The notes: generated by a model from the sequence alone, not told the origin. Positions 1 through 9,944 are shown, numbered from the stretch's first letter. The stretch: DNA of 64,000 nucleotides from Pseudomonas aeruginosa PAO1 (GCF_000006765.1 NC_002516.2), one strand, 5' to 3'. A program made the numbers and translations.

Positions 1-473
1 TCGACTTCGATCCAGGCGTCGAGGCGGTCGGCGAACGACGGCACGTTGCGGATTTCCACCCGCTCGGCCTTGCCGTCGCGGCATTCCGCGCGGGCCTCGA
101 TCAGCCCGCCCGGCGCTTCCAGCAGCAGCCGGGTCAGCGGTTCGCGCATCGGCAGGATGCCGCTGTCGAGCAGTACGGTGGCCACGCACAGCGAATTGGA
201 ACCGGACATCGGCGGGGTGTCGGCCGGCTCCATGATGATCCAGCCCATCTGCGCGCGCGGGTCCTTGGCCGGCACCAGCAGATTGGCGTGGCGGAACACT
301 CCGCCGCGCGGTTCGTTGAGGACGAAGTTGCGCAGGTCCTGGTCTCTGGCGATCCAGCGCGACTGTTCCCAGAGGGTGGCGCCGGGCGGCGCGGCGACGC
401 CGCCGACGATCACGTCGCCGACCTCGCCTTCGGCATGGCAACTGACGATGTGGACGATCCGCTGCGAACGCAT
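1..473 (-). CDS. lhpK: Proline racemase family protein, Ser-type (probable trans-3-hydroxy-L-proline dehydratase or Hyp epimerase); 5' part only, runs off the window edge
   Basis: Not in ORF track. Manual translation from ATG at 473 gives [25 protein letters not shown]...LNEPRGG...PPMSGSNS. This is the racemase-family N-terminus with MSGSN in place of MCGH. It lies last in the lhpP-I-M-N-O run. The symbol varies between nomenclatures. Confidence 0.85.
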   Translation of the reverse strand, partial: MRSQRIVHIVSCHAEGEVGDVIVGGVAAPPGATLWEQSRWIARDQDLRNFVLNEPRGGVFRHANLLVPAKDPRAQMGWIIMEPADTPPMSGSNSLCVATVLLDSGILPMREPLTRLLLEAPGGLIEARAECRDGKAERVEIRNVPSFADRLDAWIEV

Positions 474-498
474 GGCTATCTCCTGTGCGGGGGCGGGC

Positions 499-1221
499 TC
501 AGAGCACCGAGCGGAGGAATTCCACCGTCTCCGGCCGCTGCGGGTTGCCGATCACCTGGTCGGGGGGGCCGATCTCGTGGACCAGGCCATTGCGGAAGAA
601 CGCCACCCGGTCGGACACGTCGCGGGCGAAGCGGATCTCGTGGGTGACCAGGACCATGGTCATGCCTTCCTCGGCGAGCAGGCGCATGGTGTCCAGCACC
701 TCGCCGACCAACTGCGGGTCGAGCGCCGAGGTGGCTTCGTCGAACAGCATGTAGTCCGGCGACATCGCCAGCGCCCGGGCGATCGCCATGCGCTGTTGCT
801 GGCCGCCGGAAAGGCGCTGGGGGAAGACCTTGAGCTTGTCGCCGAGACCGACGTGGGTGAGTTGCTTCAGCGCCATCGCCTCGGCTTCGGCGCGGCTCTT
901 GCCGAGCACCTTGCGCGGCGCGAGCATGACGTTTTCCAGCACGGTCAGGTGGGGGAAGGCGTTCCACTGCTGGAAGACGATGCCGATCTTCCGCCGCAGG
1001 CGGTTGAGGTCGGTACCGCGGGCATGCACGTCGATGCCGTCGACGCGGATGCTGCCGCGCTGGATCGGCTCCAGGCCGTTGATGCACATCAGCAGGGTCG
1101 ACTTGCCGGAACCGGAGCCGCCGATGATCGACAGCACCTCGCCCTTGTCCACCCTCAGGTCGACACCCTTGACCACCTCGAACTGGCCGTAGGCCTTGTG
1201 CACGTCGTTGATCTCGATCAT
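499..1221 (-). CDS. lhpO: Polar amino-acid (hydroxyproline) ABC transporter ATP-binding subunit
   Basis: [12 protein letters not shown] start; Walker A GGSGSGKS, signature LSGGQQQR, Walker B MLFDE. ATGA overlap with the upstream permease stop. Confidence 0.95.
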   Translation of the reverse strand: MIEINDVHKAYGQFEVVKGVDLRVDKGEVLSIIGGSGSGKSTLLMCINGLEPIQRGSIRVDGIDVHARGTDLNRLRRKIGIVFQQWNAFPHLTVLENVMLAPRKVLGKSRAEAEAMALKQLTHVGLGDKLKVFPQRLSGGQQQRMAIARALAMSPDYMLFDEATSALDPQLVGEVLDTMRLLAEEGMTMVLVTHEIRFARDVSDRVAFFRNGLVHEIGPPDQVIGNPQRPETVEFLRSVL

Positions 1222-1862
1222 TGCTGCCATCTCCGTTCCAGCCGGGCGCCGAGTCGCGCGACCACCCAGCTCATGAGGTAATAGACGAGCCCCGCGATGC
1301 AGAGCACGAAGAGCGGTTCCTGGATGCGCGTGACGATGGTCTGCGAGGCGCGCAGCAGTTCGACGATGCCGATCCAGAGCACCAGCGAGGTGTCCTTCAT
1401 CACCGACAGGGTCAGGTTGACCCAACCGGGGAAGGCCACCCGGGCGGCCATCGGCAGGACGATGTGGAACAGGTCCTGGCGATAGCTCAGGCCCAGCGAA
1501 CGCGCCGCCCGGCGCACGCTCGGCGGTACCGAGAGGACGCCGCCGCGGACCACCTCGGCGCAGTAGGCGGCGGCGTACACGCCGAGCACCAGGCAGGCCA
1601 CGGCGAAGGCGCTCCAGTCGAGGCCGAGGATGCTCTTGAAGGAATTGAGCAGGACGAACTGGATCAGCAGCGGCACGCTGCGGAATACGTCGAGCAGCGC
1701 CGCCAGCGGCAGGCTGGCGCGTGGCAGCAGGGCGCGGAGCAGGCCGAAGACGACACCCAGCAGGGTGCCGATCAGCATCGCCATGGCGGTGATGGCGAGG
1801 GTGGTCCAGGCGCCTTGCAGGAGGAACAGCAGGTCGTTGGCGGTGAGGCTGGTGGTGAACAC
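1218..1862 (-). CDS. lhpN: Amino-acid ABC transporter permease (HisM/GlnP type)
   Basis: GTG start, hydrophobic segments, EAA-loop-like AEVVRGG...AARSLGLS. Confidence 0.93.
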   Translation of the reverse strand: MFTTSLTANDLLFLLQGAWTTLAITAMAMLIGTLLGVVFGLLRALLPRASLPLAALLDVFRSVPLLIQFVLLNSFKSILGLDWSAFAVACLVLGVYAAAYCAEVVRGGVLSVPPSVRRAARSLGLSYRQDLFHIVLPMAARVAFPGWVNLTLSVMKDTSLVLWIGIVELLRASQTIVTRIQEPLFVLCIAGLVYYLMSWVVARLGARLERRWQQ

Positions 1863-1872
1863 GGCATTCCCC

Positions 1873-2538
1873 TCAGTAACGGAACAGGCGCCAGCCCAGC
1901 AGGCGGGCGGCCAGCACCAGCAGCTTGGCCATGGCGAAGTAGAGGACGGCGGCCAGGGCGAAGTATTCGAAGGTGCGGAAGGTCTTGACGTTGAGTGCTT
2001 GGGTGACGCCGGTGAGGTCGTCGGTCAGGCCCACCACCACGCCGAGGGAGGTCATCAGCATGGCCCAGACCAACTGGTTGGTCAGCGGGTAGAACACCAC
2101 CCGCAGCAGCTGCGGGATCACCACCAGGCGATAGGCCTGCGGCGCGCTCATGCCCAGCGAGCGGGCCGCCCGCAACTGGGTCTCGGGCACCGCCTGGAGG
2201 CCGCCGCGGAAGGTCTCGGCGAGGTAGCCGGCGTTGTTGAAGGTGACCCCGGCGAGCAGGGCGAACCAGGAACTGACGTGCAGGCCGAAGGAGCCCAGGC
2301 CGAAGTAGAGGATGTAGATCTGGAACAGCGCCGGGGTATTCCGCGCGATGGAGATCCAGGCTCCGGCGGCGGCGCGCAGCGGGCGGTTACCGCCGAGCCG
2401 GGCGAAGGCCAGGAGCAGGGCGATGAGGATGCCGAAGAGCATCGACAGCGCGGTGACCTGGAGCGTCACCAGGCTGCCGGCGAGCATCTCCGGCAGGGCG
2501 TTGAACGCCGAGCGCCAGTGGAAGGTGTAGTCGAACAT
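1873..2538 (-). CDS. lhpM: Amino-acid ABC transporter permease
   Basis: Start re-called at MFDYTFHW (ATG overlapping the upstream TGA). EAA loop AETFRGGLQAVPETQLRAARSLGMS. Confidence 0.93.
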   Translation of the reverse strand: MFDYTFHWRSAFNALPEMLAGSLVTLQVTALSMLFGILIALLLAFARLGGNRPLRAAAGAWISIARNTPALFQIYILYFGLGSFGLHVSSWFALLAGVTFNNAGYLAETFRGGLQAVPETQLRAARSLGMSAPQAYRLVVIPQLLRVVFYPLTNQLVWAMLMTSLGVVVGLTDDLTGVTQALNVKTFRTFEYFALAAVLYFAMAKLLVLAARLLGWRLFRY

Positions 2539-4280
2539 CAGCAGTCCTCGCTCAACCAGGCGGGCAGCCCGGCGGGGGACCGCCCGCCGACGGCGGCCTC
2601 GACGCAGCCGGCGAGGCCGGCGAAGCGCACCTGGCGGCCGACCAGTCCGGGGGCGTAGTGGGCATACTTGGCGGAGTTGGTCATCAGGGTGCGCGCGCCC
2701 GGCGGCACCAGCGGTTCGTCGAGCATGCACCAGCAGGTGTCGGTGACCAGCCGCGCGCCGAACGCCTGCAGCGTCGCCAGGTGCCCGGCCGCTTCGGCCT
2801 GGGCGACGACCTGCCGGCTGCTGGTGATCACCAGCGCTACCTCCGGGTGTCTGCGGCGGCCGTGGCAGAGCGCGGCGAGCTGGGCGAATTCGCTGGCGGA
2901 GAAGTGCGGGTTGCCCAGCGCCACCAGGTCGATCCGCGTCTCGCCGGCGCTGTCCAGCTCGCGCCAGGCGTCGCGCAGGCGCTCGCGTCCGACCCGCAGG
3001 GTCCGCCGCGGCGCGCGGCCGCCGAAGGCGCTGGCCAGGTCAGGGGCTTCCGGGGTGACGCCGATGACGTGGAACATCGGCACCGAGGAACTGGTGCCCA
3101 GCGCCGCGCCGAAGGCCTTGAGCGCGTCGTGGTCCGGCTGCCGCTGCCGCAGGCCGTCGATCGCCGGGATCTGTCCGTCGCAGAGCAGGCCGCAGAGGTA
3201 GCCGAGGGTCGGGTAGAAGGCATCGTCGACGCTGCCGAGGTCTTCCACTTCGATCAGTACCCGCGCCTGGCGCTGCTCGTCGAGGTGACAGCCGGCCAGC
3301 GGCGCGCGACCGGTGAGGGCGCAGCAGATATCCATGAAGTCGGCGTACTTGTTGGTGCGTGCGCCGAGCACGCTGTTGGCGAAGAGCACCGCGTTGGACT
3401 CGGCCCAGACGATCTGTTCGCCGGCCCGCGCGCTGTCGTCGAGCAGGTAGGGCGCGCAGGTGAAGCTGGGCTGCGCGCCCATGTCGAGATAGGCCCGGGC
3501 CAGGGCCGCGGCTGGCTCGCCGAGGGCGGCGGGTACGCCCTGTTCGCGCCAACGGCGCTGGTCCACGGAGATGGCGTTGAGGGTGGTCGGTACCCGCACC
3601 CGGGCACCGAGGTCGCGCAGGGTCTCGGCGAAACGCAGGCCGGCCGGGCCGGTGTAGATGCAAGCGTCGATGTGCGCGCGCTGGATGTCGATCAGCCGTT
3701 GCGCGCCCTGCAACGCCGCCATGCGCAGGACGATGCGCATCGCCAGGCGTGCGGCTTCGCCGTGTTCGCCGGCGAGCAGGGCCTGGTCGAAGGCGTCCAG
3801 TCGCGGGCCGGCATCGGTCGCCAGCGCTTCGGCGGGTCGGGCCTCCAGCGGCGGCGGGGCATCGCGGTGGAGTTCCAGGCGTCCGTCGGCCAGGCGCGCC
3901 CAGGGATAGGCGGCGAGTTCGTCGAAGCGCTCGCCGAGACAGGCGATGGGTAGCGAGCGGCCGAACAGTTCCTCGGCGACGATCGCGCCGAGGGCGAGGA
4001 TTTCGTCCGGTTCGCGCAGGAGGATCGCCGCCGGCGCACGTCCGCCGAGGATCAGTTCCAGCAGTACGCTGCTGCCGGTACAGGAGCCGCGCCCACCGGG
4101 AATCGCCAGCAGCCTGCCGTGTAGATGGCGGCCGCTGAGCGGGTGGTGACGGTCGATCACTTCCGCGCTGCGCGGGTCGACGCCGCCCCAGAAGCTCAGG
4201 CCGGTCGGTGCGTACAGCAGTTCGCCGGACGCGCTGCCGGCGACCAGGGTACGGGGAACGATGAGGTGTGCGTGCTTCAT
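2538..4280 (-). CDS. lhpI: Aconitase X (swivel + catalytic domain fusion), cis-3-hydroxy-L-proline dehydratase
   Basis: N-terminal LSFWGGVDP/GGRGSCTGS swivel domain, then HIDAC, CAPY, WAESNAV..NSVLGARTN, LGNPH, DTCWC and TNSAKYAHY motifs typical of AcnX. Located inside the Hyp operon; also called lhpH in some annotations. Confidence 0.9.
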   Translation of the reverse strand: MKHAHLIVPRTLVAGSASGELLYAPTGLSFWGGVDPRSAEVIDRHHPLSGRHLHGRLLAIPGGRGSCTGSSVLLELILGGRAPAAILLREPDEILALGAIVAEELFGRSLPIACLGERFDELAAYPWARLADGRLELHRDAPPPLEARPAEALATDAGPRLDAFDQALLAGEHGEAARLAMRIVLRMAALQGAQRLIDIQRAHIDACIYTGPAGLRFAETLRDLGARVRVPTTLNAISVDQRRWREQGVPAALGEPAAALARAYLDMGAQPSFTCAPYLLDDSARAGEQIVWAESNAVLFANSVLGARTNKYADFMDICCALTGRAPLAGCHLDEQRQARVLIEVEDLGSVDDAFYPTLGYLCGLLCDGQIPAIDGLRQRQPDHDALKAFGAALGTSSSVPMFHVIGVTPEAPDLASAFGGRAPRRTLRVGRERLRDAWRELDSAGETRIDLVALGNPHFSASEFAQLAALCHGRRRHPEVALVITSSRQVVAQAEAAGHLATLQAFGARLVTDTCWCMLDEPLVPPGARTLMTNSAKYAHYAPGLVGRQVRFAGLAGCVEAAVGGRSPAGLPAWLSEDC

Positions 4281-4338
4281 CGGCGCATCCAGGACGGGGG
4301 GAAACGGCGCGGCCCGGCGGCGGACCGCGCCCTCGGCT

Positions 4339-5160
4339 TCAGCGGTAGACCGCGCTGGTGGTCAGCTCCGGCGCCGTGCCGCCGACCCATTTCTGCGCCA
4401 GCTCGGCGTAGCGGCCGGTGCGCACCTGCTGGTTGATGAACAGGTTCAGGTAGTTGAGCAGGCCGTATTCGTTGCGCTTGGCGCCGAGGGCCACGTAGTC
4501 GATGTCATAGGGCGCGTCGCCGGCGATCTTCAGGCCCTTGTACTTGCCCGACTTGATCCACGAGGCGGCGACGGTGGAAGAGACGACCGTGGCGTCGATA
4601 TGCCCCTGGCTGATCGCCAGGGCGGTGTCGGCCTCGGACTGGTAGGCGCGGAAGCTGCCCTTGGCGTCGCCCCAGGCCTTGCTGTCCTTCTCCAGGGCCA
4701 GCGCCTCGAAGGTGCCGGCGGTGCCGCCGACCGGGCGGCCCTTGAGGTCCTCGTAGCTGGCGATGCCGGTGTCCTCGCGGGTCAGTACCACCTTGACGAA
4801 GGCGAAGTAGGGGATGCTCATGCCGATGGTCTTGGCCCGCTCCAGGGTGTCCGAGGTGGATGCGACGATCACGTCGGCGCGACCCGACACCAGCGCCGGG
4901 ATGCGGTCGGGAAAGGGCGTCTCGACGATCTCCGCCTTGACGTCCAGGGCCTTCGCCAGGTCGTTGCAGTAATCGACGTCGAAGCCCACCGGGTTGTTCT
5001 GTGCATCGCGCGAGCCCATCGGCGGAAAGTCCAGGGTGACGGCGCAGCGCAGCTTGCCGGACTCGATGATGTCGTCGAGCTTGTCGGCCTGGGCGAGACC
5101 GGCGAGGGAACAGCCCAGGGCAGCGGTGAGGGCTAGGGCAAGGGTCTTCTTGGTATTCAT
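4339..5160 (-). CDS. lhpP: Periplasmic amino-acid (hydroxyproline) binding protein
   Basis: Signal peptide MNTKKTLALALTAALGCSLAGLAQA; SBP family 3 features (DFPPMG, GFDVD, RIPALVSGRAD). Confidence 0.92.
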   Translation of the reverse strand: MNTKKTLALALTAALGCSLAGLAQADKLDDIIESGKLRCAVTLDFPPMGSRDAQNNPVGFDVDYCNDLAKALDVKAEIVETPFPDRIPALVSGRADVIVASTSDTLERAKTIGMSIPYFAFVKVVLTREDTGIASYEDLKGRPVGGTAGTFEALALEKDSKAWGDAKGSFRAYQSEADTALAISQGHIDATVVSSTVAASWIKSGKYKGLKIAGDAPYDIDYVALGAKRNEYGLLNYLNLFINQQVRTGRYAELAQKWVGGTAPELTTSAVYR

Positions 5161-5216
5161 GGGGGCCTCTGGCGATGCGGTTGAGTGGGAGGGCGGCAAA
5201 TCCCGTATTTGTGATT

Positions 5217-5226
5217 TCGTATACGA
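5217..5226. promoter_or_regulatory. Palindromic GntR/FadR-type operator upstream of lhpP
   Basis: Perfect palindrome TCGTATACGA next to a minus-strand TAAAAT (-10-like, 5228-5233). A near-identical copy lies at 15216-15229. Confidence 0.6.
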
Positions 5227-5417
5227 TATTTTAAGTGAGCAATGGCTGTGCCAGAACCTCGTCCGACGGCGATAAAAAACCTTTCGCTGGAGCGCGACCG
5301 CTTTGGCTGGCGCGTCGCTGTGCCATGCCGCGCCGGACTGCGCCCCGCTCGGGCGCGGCCGGCGGTGTTACAAAAGGGAGCAGGATTGCTACCGCCGCCC
5401 CGTGGCGGGGCGAGGCG

Positions 5418-6179
5418 TTACGCTTTTCGGGGCTGGCGATGGGTCTCGCGGTACTGGCTCGGCGAGAGTCCGGTGAGCGCCTTGAACTGGCGGCTGAAGG
5501 CGCTGTGGTCGGTGTAGCCGCAGCGCAGGGCGATCTCGGTGATCGGCGCGTCGCCGGCGAGCAGTTGCGAGGCGGCGCCGAGCCGCGCCTTGTGGATCAT
5601 CTGCCGTGGGGTGAGCTGGAAGATGCGCTTGCAGTGACGCTCCAGTTGCGCCACCGAGAGCCCGGCGATGGCAGTGAGATCGGCGAGGCTGAGCGGCTGG
5701 TCGTAGTGCTCGCGGATATGCGCATCCACCGCCGCCAGCCGGCCGTAGGCCGGGTGCGCCGACTGCGCCGCCGGCAGGTCGTGGGAGATGCCGGCCATGC
5801 CGATGATCGCCCCGTCGGCATCGCGCAGCGCCTGCTTGTGGGTCAGGCACCAGCCCGGCTGGCGACCGGGATAGAGGTGCAGCTCCAACTGGTTCTCCAG
5901 CGTCGCGCCGCCGCGCAGCACGCGCCGATCCTGCTCGGCATAGAGCGGACCGAGGCTGGAAGGGAAGACCTCGTCGGCGCTGCGGCCGAGCAGTTCGGCC
6001 TTGTCCTTCACGCCGCAGCGGCGTGCCAGGGTGCGGTTGACCAGGACGTAGCGGGCGCGCTCGTCCTTGACGAAGAACACCACGCCGGGCATGGCGTCGA
6101 GCAGCGCCTCGACCTGGCGCAGGCTGGCCAGCAGGCTGGCGAGGTCGGCGGGGGGCGGGGCGGCGAGCAGGTCGTGCAT
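5418..6179 (-). CDS. lhpR: PAS-domain AraC-family transcriptional activator of Hyp catabolism
   Basis: Start re-called at MHDLLAAP (an alternative start lies about 12 codons upstream). N-terminal PAS (VFFVKDERARYVLVN), C-terminal AraC HTH (IALRCGYTDHSAFSRQFK). Confidence 0.9.
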   Translation of the reverse strand: MHDLLAAPPPADLASLLASLRQVEALLDAMPGVVFFVKDERARYVLVNRTLARRCGVKDKAELLGRSADEVFPSSLGPLYAEQDRRVLRGGATLENQLELHLYPGRQPGWCLTHKQALRDADGAIIGMAGISHDLPAAQSAHPAYGRLAAVDAHIREHYDQPLSLADLTAIAGLSVAQLERHCKRIFQLTPRQMIHKARLGAASQLLAGDAPITEIALRCGYTDHSAFSRQFKALTGLSPSQYRETHRQPRKA

Positions 6180-6256
6180 CGGGGCGAAGGCCTGGCTGGG
6201 GGACCGCGCCAGCATACGGGGCGCCGGCGGCCGGGAACAGGGCCCGGCCGCGCGCC

Positions 6257-7699
6257 TCAGTTGCCCGGCGAGTCGCAGCGCAATGGCACCGTGCGCACGC
6301 GGCGCAGGTAGAAGAGGCAGGTGGCGCCGAGCAGCAGCGTCATCAGGACGAACTCGACGGCCAGGGTCGTCTGCGTCGCTTCCAGGTAGTCGCCATGGCG
6401 CTCCAGCCTGTGCGCGAACACCGCGCCGAGCAGCGCCGAGCCGAGGCCGAGGGAGGCCTGCTGGACGGTGGCGAGCATGGCGCTGCCGGCGCCGGCCTGG
6501 GCGGCCGGCACCTCCGAGAGGCCGATGCGGAAGAAGCTGCTGACGATGAACGCCTGGCCGAAGCCGATCACCAGGGTCGCCGGCGCCAGGTTGAGGATGC
6601 CCGGCTGCGGCCAGACCCGTTGCAGGGTCAGCATCAGGCCGAGCAGGCCGCACATCTGGATGACGCAGCCGAGCAGCAGCAGGCGTACCGGGCCGATCCG
6701 CGCCGCCACCCGGGCGGTGAGCAGCGCCGAGACGAAGTAGGAGGCGCCGAGGGCGATGAAGGCATTGCCGGCCTGTACCGGCGAGAGACCGGCGCCGGCC
6801 TGCAGGGCCAGGGCGAGGGCGAACATGAAGCCGCTCCAGCAGGCGAAGAACAGGATCGCCAGTAACAGGCCGAAGCGGATGCTCGGCAGGCGCAGCAGCG
6901 ACGGCGGCAGCAACGGCCAGGCCTGGCGGCGTTCCTGGCGCAGCTCGGTGCGCCACAGCCAGGCCAGCAGCGGCACCGCCGCCGCCAGCAGCAGGGCGCA
7001 GGGCCAGGACCAGTGCAGCGATGGGCCGAGAGCCAGCGGCAGCAGCAGGCAGAGGATCAGCGCGGCGAGCAGCAGGGTGCCCGGCGCGTCGACGCGGGCG
7101 GCATGCTCGGCGCGGGTCTCCGGTACCCAGCGGCGGCTGCAAAGGAGAATGCCGAGGCAGATCGGCAGGTTGATCAGGAACACGCTGCGCCAGCCGAGGC
7201 CGCCGATGTCGGCGGAGACCAGGAAGCCGCCGAGCACCTGGCCGACGACGAAGGCCAGGCCGCCGATGGCGCCGTAGGCGGCCAGCGCGCGGGAATGCGC
7301 GTGGCCGCTGAGGCTGACATGCAGGGTGGCGAGAATCTGCGGCACGACCAGCGCCGCGCCGACGCCCTGTAGGGCGCGCGCCACCAGCAGCAGCCAGACC
7401 GAACCGGCCAGCCCGCAAAGCAACGAGGCGACGGCGAACAGGGCGACGCCGAGAACGAACAGGCGGCGACGGCCGTAGTTGTCGCCAAGCCGGCCGCCCA
7501 TCGCCAGGCACACGGCGAAGGCCACGCCGTAGACGGCGACGATCAGTTCCAGTTCGGTTTCGCTGGCGCCGAGGGAATGGGCGAGGGCGTCGAGGGCGAC
7601 GTTGACGATGGAGAAATCGATCATCGGCAACAGTTGCCCCGCCAGCAGGATGCAGAGCCCGGCGAGGCCGAGCCGCGACGACGAGACGGTGCTGGGCAT
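6257..7699 (-). CDS. MFS drug:H+ antiporter (DHA2, 14-TMS type)
   Basis: MIDFSIVNVAL, GGRLGDNYGRRRLF motif A, WRSVFLINLPI. Confidence 0.9.
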   Translation of the reverse strand: MPSTVSSSRLGLAGLCILLAGQLLPMIDFSIVNVALDALAHSLGASETELELIVAVYGVAFAVCLAMGGRLGDNYGRRRLFVLGVALFAVASLLCGLAGSVWLLLVARALQGVGAALVVPQILATLHVSLSGHAHSRALAAYGAIGGLAFVVGQVLGGFLVSADIGGLGWRSVFLINLPICLGILLCSRRWVPETRAEHAARVDAPGTLLLAALILCLLLPLALGPSLHWSWPCALLLAAAVPLLAWLWRTELRQERRQAWPLLPPSLLRLPSIRFGLLLAILFFACWSGFMFALALALQAGAGLSPVQAGNAFIALGASYFVSALLTARVAARIGPVRLLLLGCVIQMCGLLGLMLTLQRVWPQPGILNLAPATLVIGFGQAFIVSSFFRIGLSEVPAAQAGAGSAMLATVQQASLGLGSALLGAVFAHRLERHGDYLEATQTTLAVEFVLMTLLLGATCLFYLRRVRTVPLRCDSPGN

Positions 7700-7758
7700 G
7701 GGCGGAGTCCTTGTGCGGAAGGGAGTGGGCTGGCAGCATGCGCTTCTGGCTAACCCGG

Positions 7759-7782
7759 TACCAGTTCTTGCTTATCCTGGTA
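7759..7782. promoter_or_regulatory. Inverted repeat between divergent MFS and XRE/MmyB genes (possible operator)
   Basis: TACCAG-N12-CTGGTA. Confidence 0.35.
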
Positions 7783-7818
7783 TTGGCGCTACCCGTCTGC
7801 CCTTCGGAGGACTTCGCC

Positions 7819-8682
7819 ATGCCCCTCGACGCCCCTGCCAGCCACGCTGCGGAAAGCCCCGCGCAGCCGTCCCGCGCCGAACAGCTGGGGGCCTTCCTGC
7901 GCCGCCGGCGGGAAAGCATCGAGCCGCAGCGGGTCGGCATTTCCCGCCTCGGCCGCCGACGCACGCCGGGCCTGCGTCGCGAGGAGGTGGCGCAGCTCGC
8001 CGGGGTCGGCGTGACCTGGTACACCTGGCTGGAGCAGGGCCGCGCGGTACGCGCTTCGGAGCAGGTGATCGGAGCCATCGCCCGGGCCCTGCTGTGCAAC
8101 GAGACGGAAACCCACCACCTGTTCAACCTCGCCGGGCTGGCCGCGCCGACCTCGGCGCGGCGGGCGGTCTGCGAGAAGCCCTCGGCCGCCACCCAGGCCA
8201 TCCTCGATGCCCTCGACCCGTTGCCGGCCATGGTGCAGAACGCCCGTTTCGACATCCGCGGCTACAACCGCGCCTATTGCCGGCTGGTGGGCATCGACCT
8301 GGCGGAGATCCCCGAGGAAGACCGCAACTGCATCTACCTGGCGCTGACCCACGAGCGCTGGCGCTACTGCATGGCCAACCGCGAGGAGGCGTTGCCGCGG
8401 ATGGTCGGCTTCTTCCGCGCGGCAATGGTCGAGCGCATGGGCGATCCGCTGTGGGAGCGGCAGTTGCAGCGCTGCCTGGAGGCTTCGGCGGAGTTCCGCG
8501 AGATCTGGCGGCGCAACGAGGTGATGGGTATCGAAAACCAGCTCAAGCGCTTCCGTCATGCGCGCTGCGGCGAATTCGAACTGCAGCAGACCAACTGGTG
8601 GTCGGCGCCGAAGAACGGCGATCGCCTGCTGGTCTTCGTCCCCCTCGACGACCACGCCCGCGACTGCCTGGAGCAACTTTGA
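7819..8682 (+). CDS. XRE-family HTH regulator with MmyB-like ligand-binding domain
   Basis: GGAGG RBS before ATG 7819; LGAFLRRRR...RRRTPGLRREEVAQLAGVGVTWYTWLEQGR is diagnostic of MmyB-type regulators. Confidence 0.9.
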   Translation: MPLDAPASHAAESPAQPSRAEQLGAFLRRRRESIEPQRVGISRLGRRRTPGLRREEVAQLAGVGVTWYTWLEQGRAVRASEQVIGAIARALLCNETETHHLFNLAGLAAPTSARRAVCEKPSAATQAILDALDPLPAMVQNARFDIRGYNRAYCRLVGIDLAEIPEEDRNCIYLALTHERWRYCMANREEALPRMVGFFRAAMVERMGDPLWERQLQRCLEASAEFREIWRRNEVMGIENQLKRFRHARCGEFELQQTNWWSAPKNGDRLLVFVPLDDHARDCLEQL

Positions 8683-8691
8683 GTCGGCGCC

Positions 8692-8912
8692 CTGTCCCGT
8701 AGCCAGCGCCTGCTCGACCTGCTGCAGATTCTGCGCCGGCACCGTTACCCGGTGGCCGGGCATGTGCTCGCCGGCGAACTGGGGATCAGCCTGCGCACCC
8801 TCTACCGCGATATCGCCACCCTGCGACAGCAGGGCGCGCACATCGAGGGCGGCGCCGGCACCAGGCGTTGCTGCGCGAGTGGCGTGAACGGGAAAGCATC
8901 GCCGCGCAGTGA
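8692..8912 (+). pseudogene. Remnant of a YafY-like HTH-WYL regulator with internal deletion and frameshift
   Basis: From CTG 8692: LSRSQRLLDLLQILRRHRYPVAGHVLAGELGISLRTLYRDIATLRQQGAHIEGGAG (HTH_11-like). The shifted frame then reads RRHQALLREWRERESIAAQ* (stop 8910-8912), resembling the family C-terminus. No canonical start codon. Confidence 0.75.
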
Positions 8913-8978
8913 GTGAATGCTGCCGGAAACTGACAGACGGCCACCGCCTGCGGGTCTAGCGCCCGGCGCTGTAGCGGC

Positions 8979-9845
8979 TCAGAGCCGGAACTCCTCGGCG
9001 ATCAGTTCGCCGAGGCGCTCCAGCGCCGGCGGCCGCTCTCCCGGGGCGAAGGCCAGGCGAATGCGGTGGGCGGGCAGTTCGGCGAAGCCCTCCGCCGGCC
9101 CCAGCACGCGCATCGTCGGGCCGACCCGCGCACGGTCGATCACGCCGATCGCCAGGCCGCCTTCGATGGCCGCTTCCAGCGCCGTCGCGCCGGGACTGCT
9201 GACCACCGTGCGCCAGCGCCGGCCCGTCGCGCCAAGGGCTTCCAGCAGCGCCTGCCGATAGGGACAACCCTGGCCGTGCAGGGCCAGCGGCAGCGGGCGT
9301 TGCGGATCGATCCGCAGGCCGTGGCCGGCGACCCACACCGGCTGGGTGCCGCCGATCTCGCGGGAGTGCCCGTCGTACGGGGTTTCGTCTTGCGCTTGCA
9401 CCAGCAGGGCGAGGTCCAGCTGGCCGCGCCGCAGGCGTCCGGCCAGCCTGCCGCTGGCGTCGGTGAGCACCTCCAGCTCCAGCGCCGGCAGTTCCGCGCC
9501 GAGGCGTGGCAGGAGGCGGCCGAGCAGCTTGCCGGCGTATTCCTCGGAAATGCCGAAGCGCACCCGCAGCGGCTCTTCCCGTCTGCGCAACCCGGCGAGC
9601 ACGCGGTCGTGGGTCTCCAGCAGCTCGGCGGTCTGGCGCTGGAACCGCTGCCCCAGCGGGGTCAGCCGCACCGACTGGTTGTCGCGCTCGAACAGCCGGC
9701 CGCCGGCCAGTTCCTCCAGGCGCCGGACGTGGGTGCTCACCGCCGAGGGGCTGCGGTTGAGGTGGCTGGCCGCGGCGAGAAAGCGGCCGAAGCGCAGGAT
9801 GGCATGGAAGGTACGCAGCAGCTCGATATCCAGGTTGGCGCTCAT
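8979..9845 (-). CDS. LysR-family transcriptional regulator
   Basis: MSANLDIELLRTFHAILRFGRFLAAASHLNRSPSAVSTHVRRLEE HTH; divergent from the EamA gene. Confidence 0.92.
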   Translation of the reverse strand: MSANLDIELLRTFHAILRFGRFLAAASHLNRSPSAVSTHVRRLEELAGGRLFERDNQSVRLTPLGQRFQRQTAELLETHDRVLAGLRRREEPLRVRFGISEEYAGKLLGRLLPRLGAELPALELEVLTDASGRLAGRLRRGQLDLALLVQAQDETPYDGHSREIGGTQPVWVAGHGLRIDPQRPLPLALHGQGCPYRQALLEALGATGRRWRTVVSSPGATALEAAIEGGLAIGVIDRARVGPTMRVLGPAEGFAELPAHRIRLAFAPGERPPALERLGELIAEEFRL

Positions 9846-9944
9846 GGTTCCGATTTCCTGCATGACTGGTGCAGATAGTTTCGTTTGATAGTAGCGGCGG
9901 AGGCCGCCTAGCCTCGACTCGAACCTGACCGACGGAGGCGAGCG

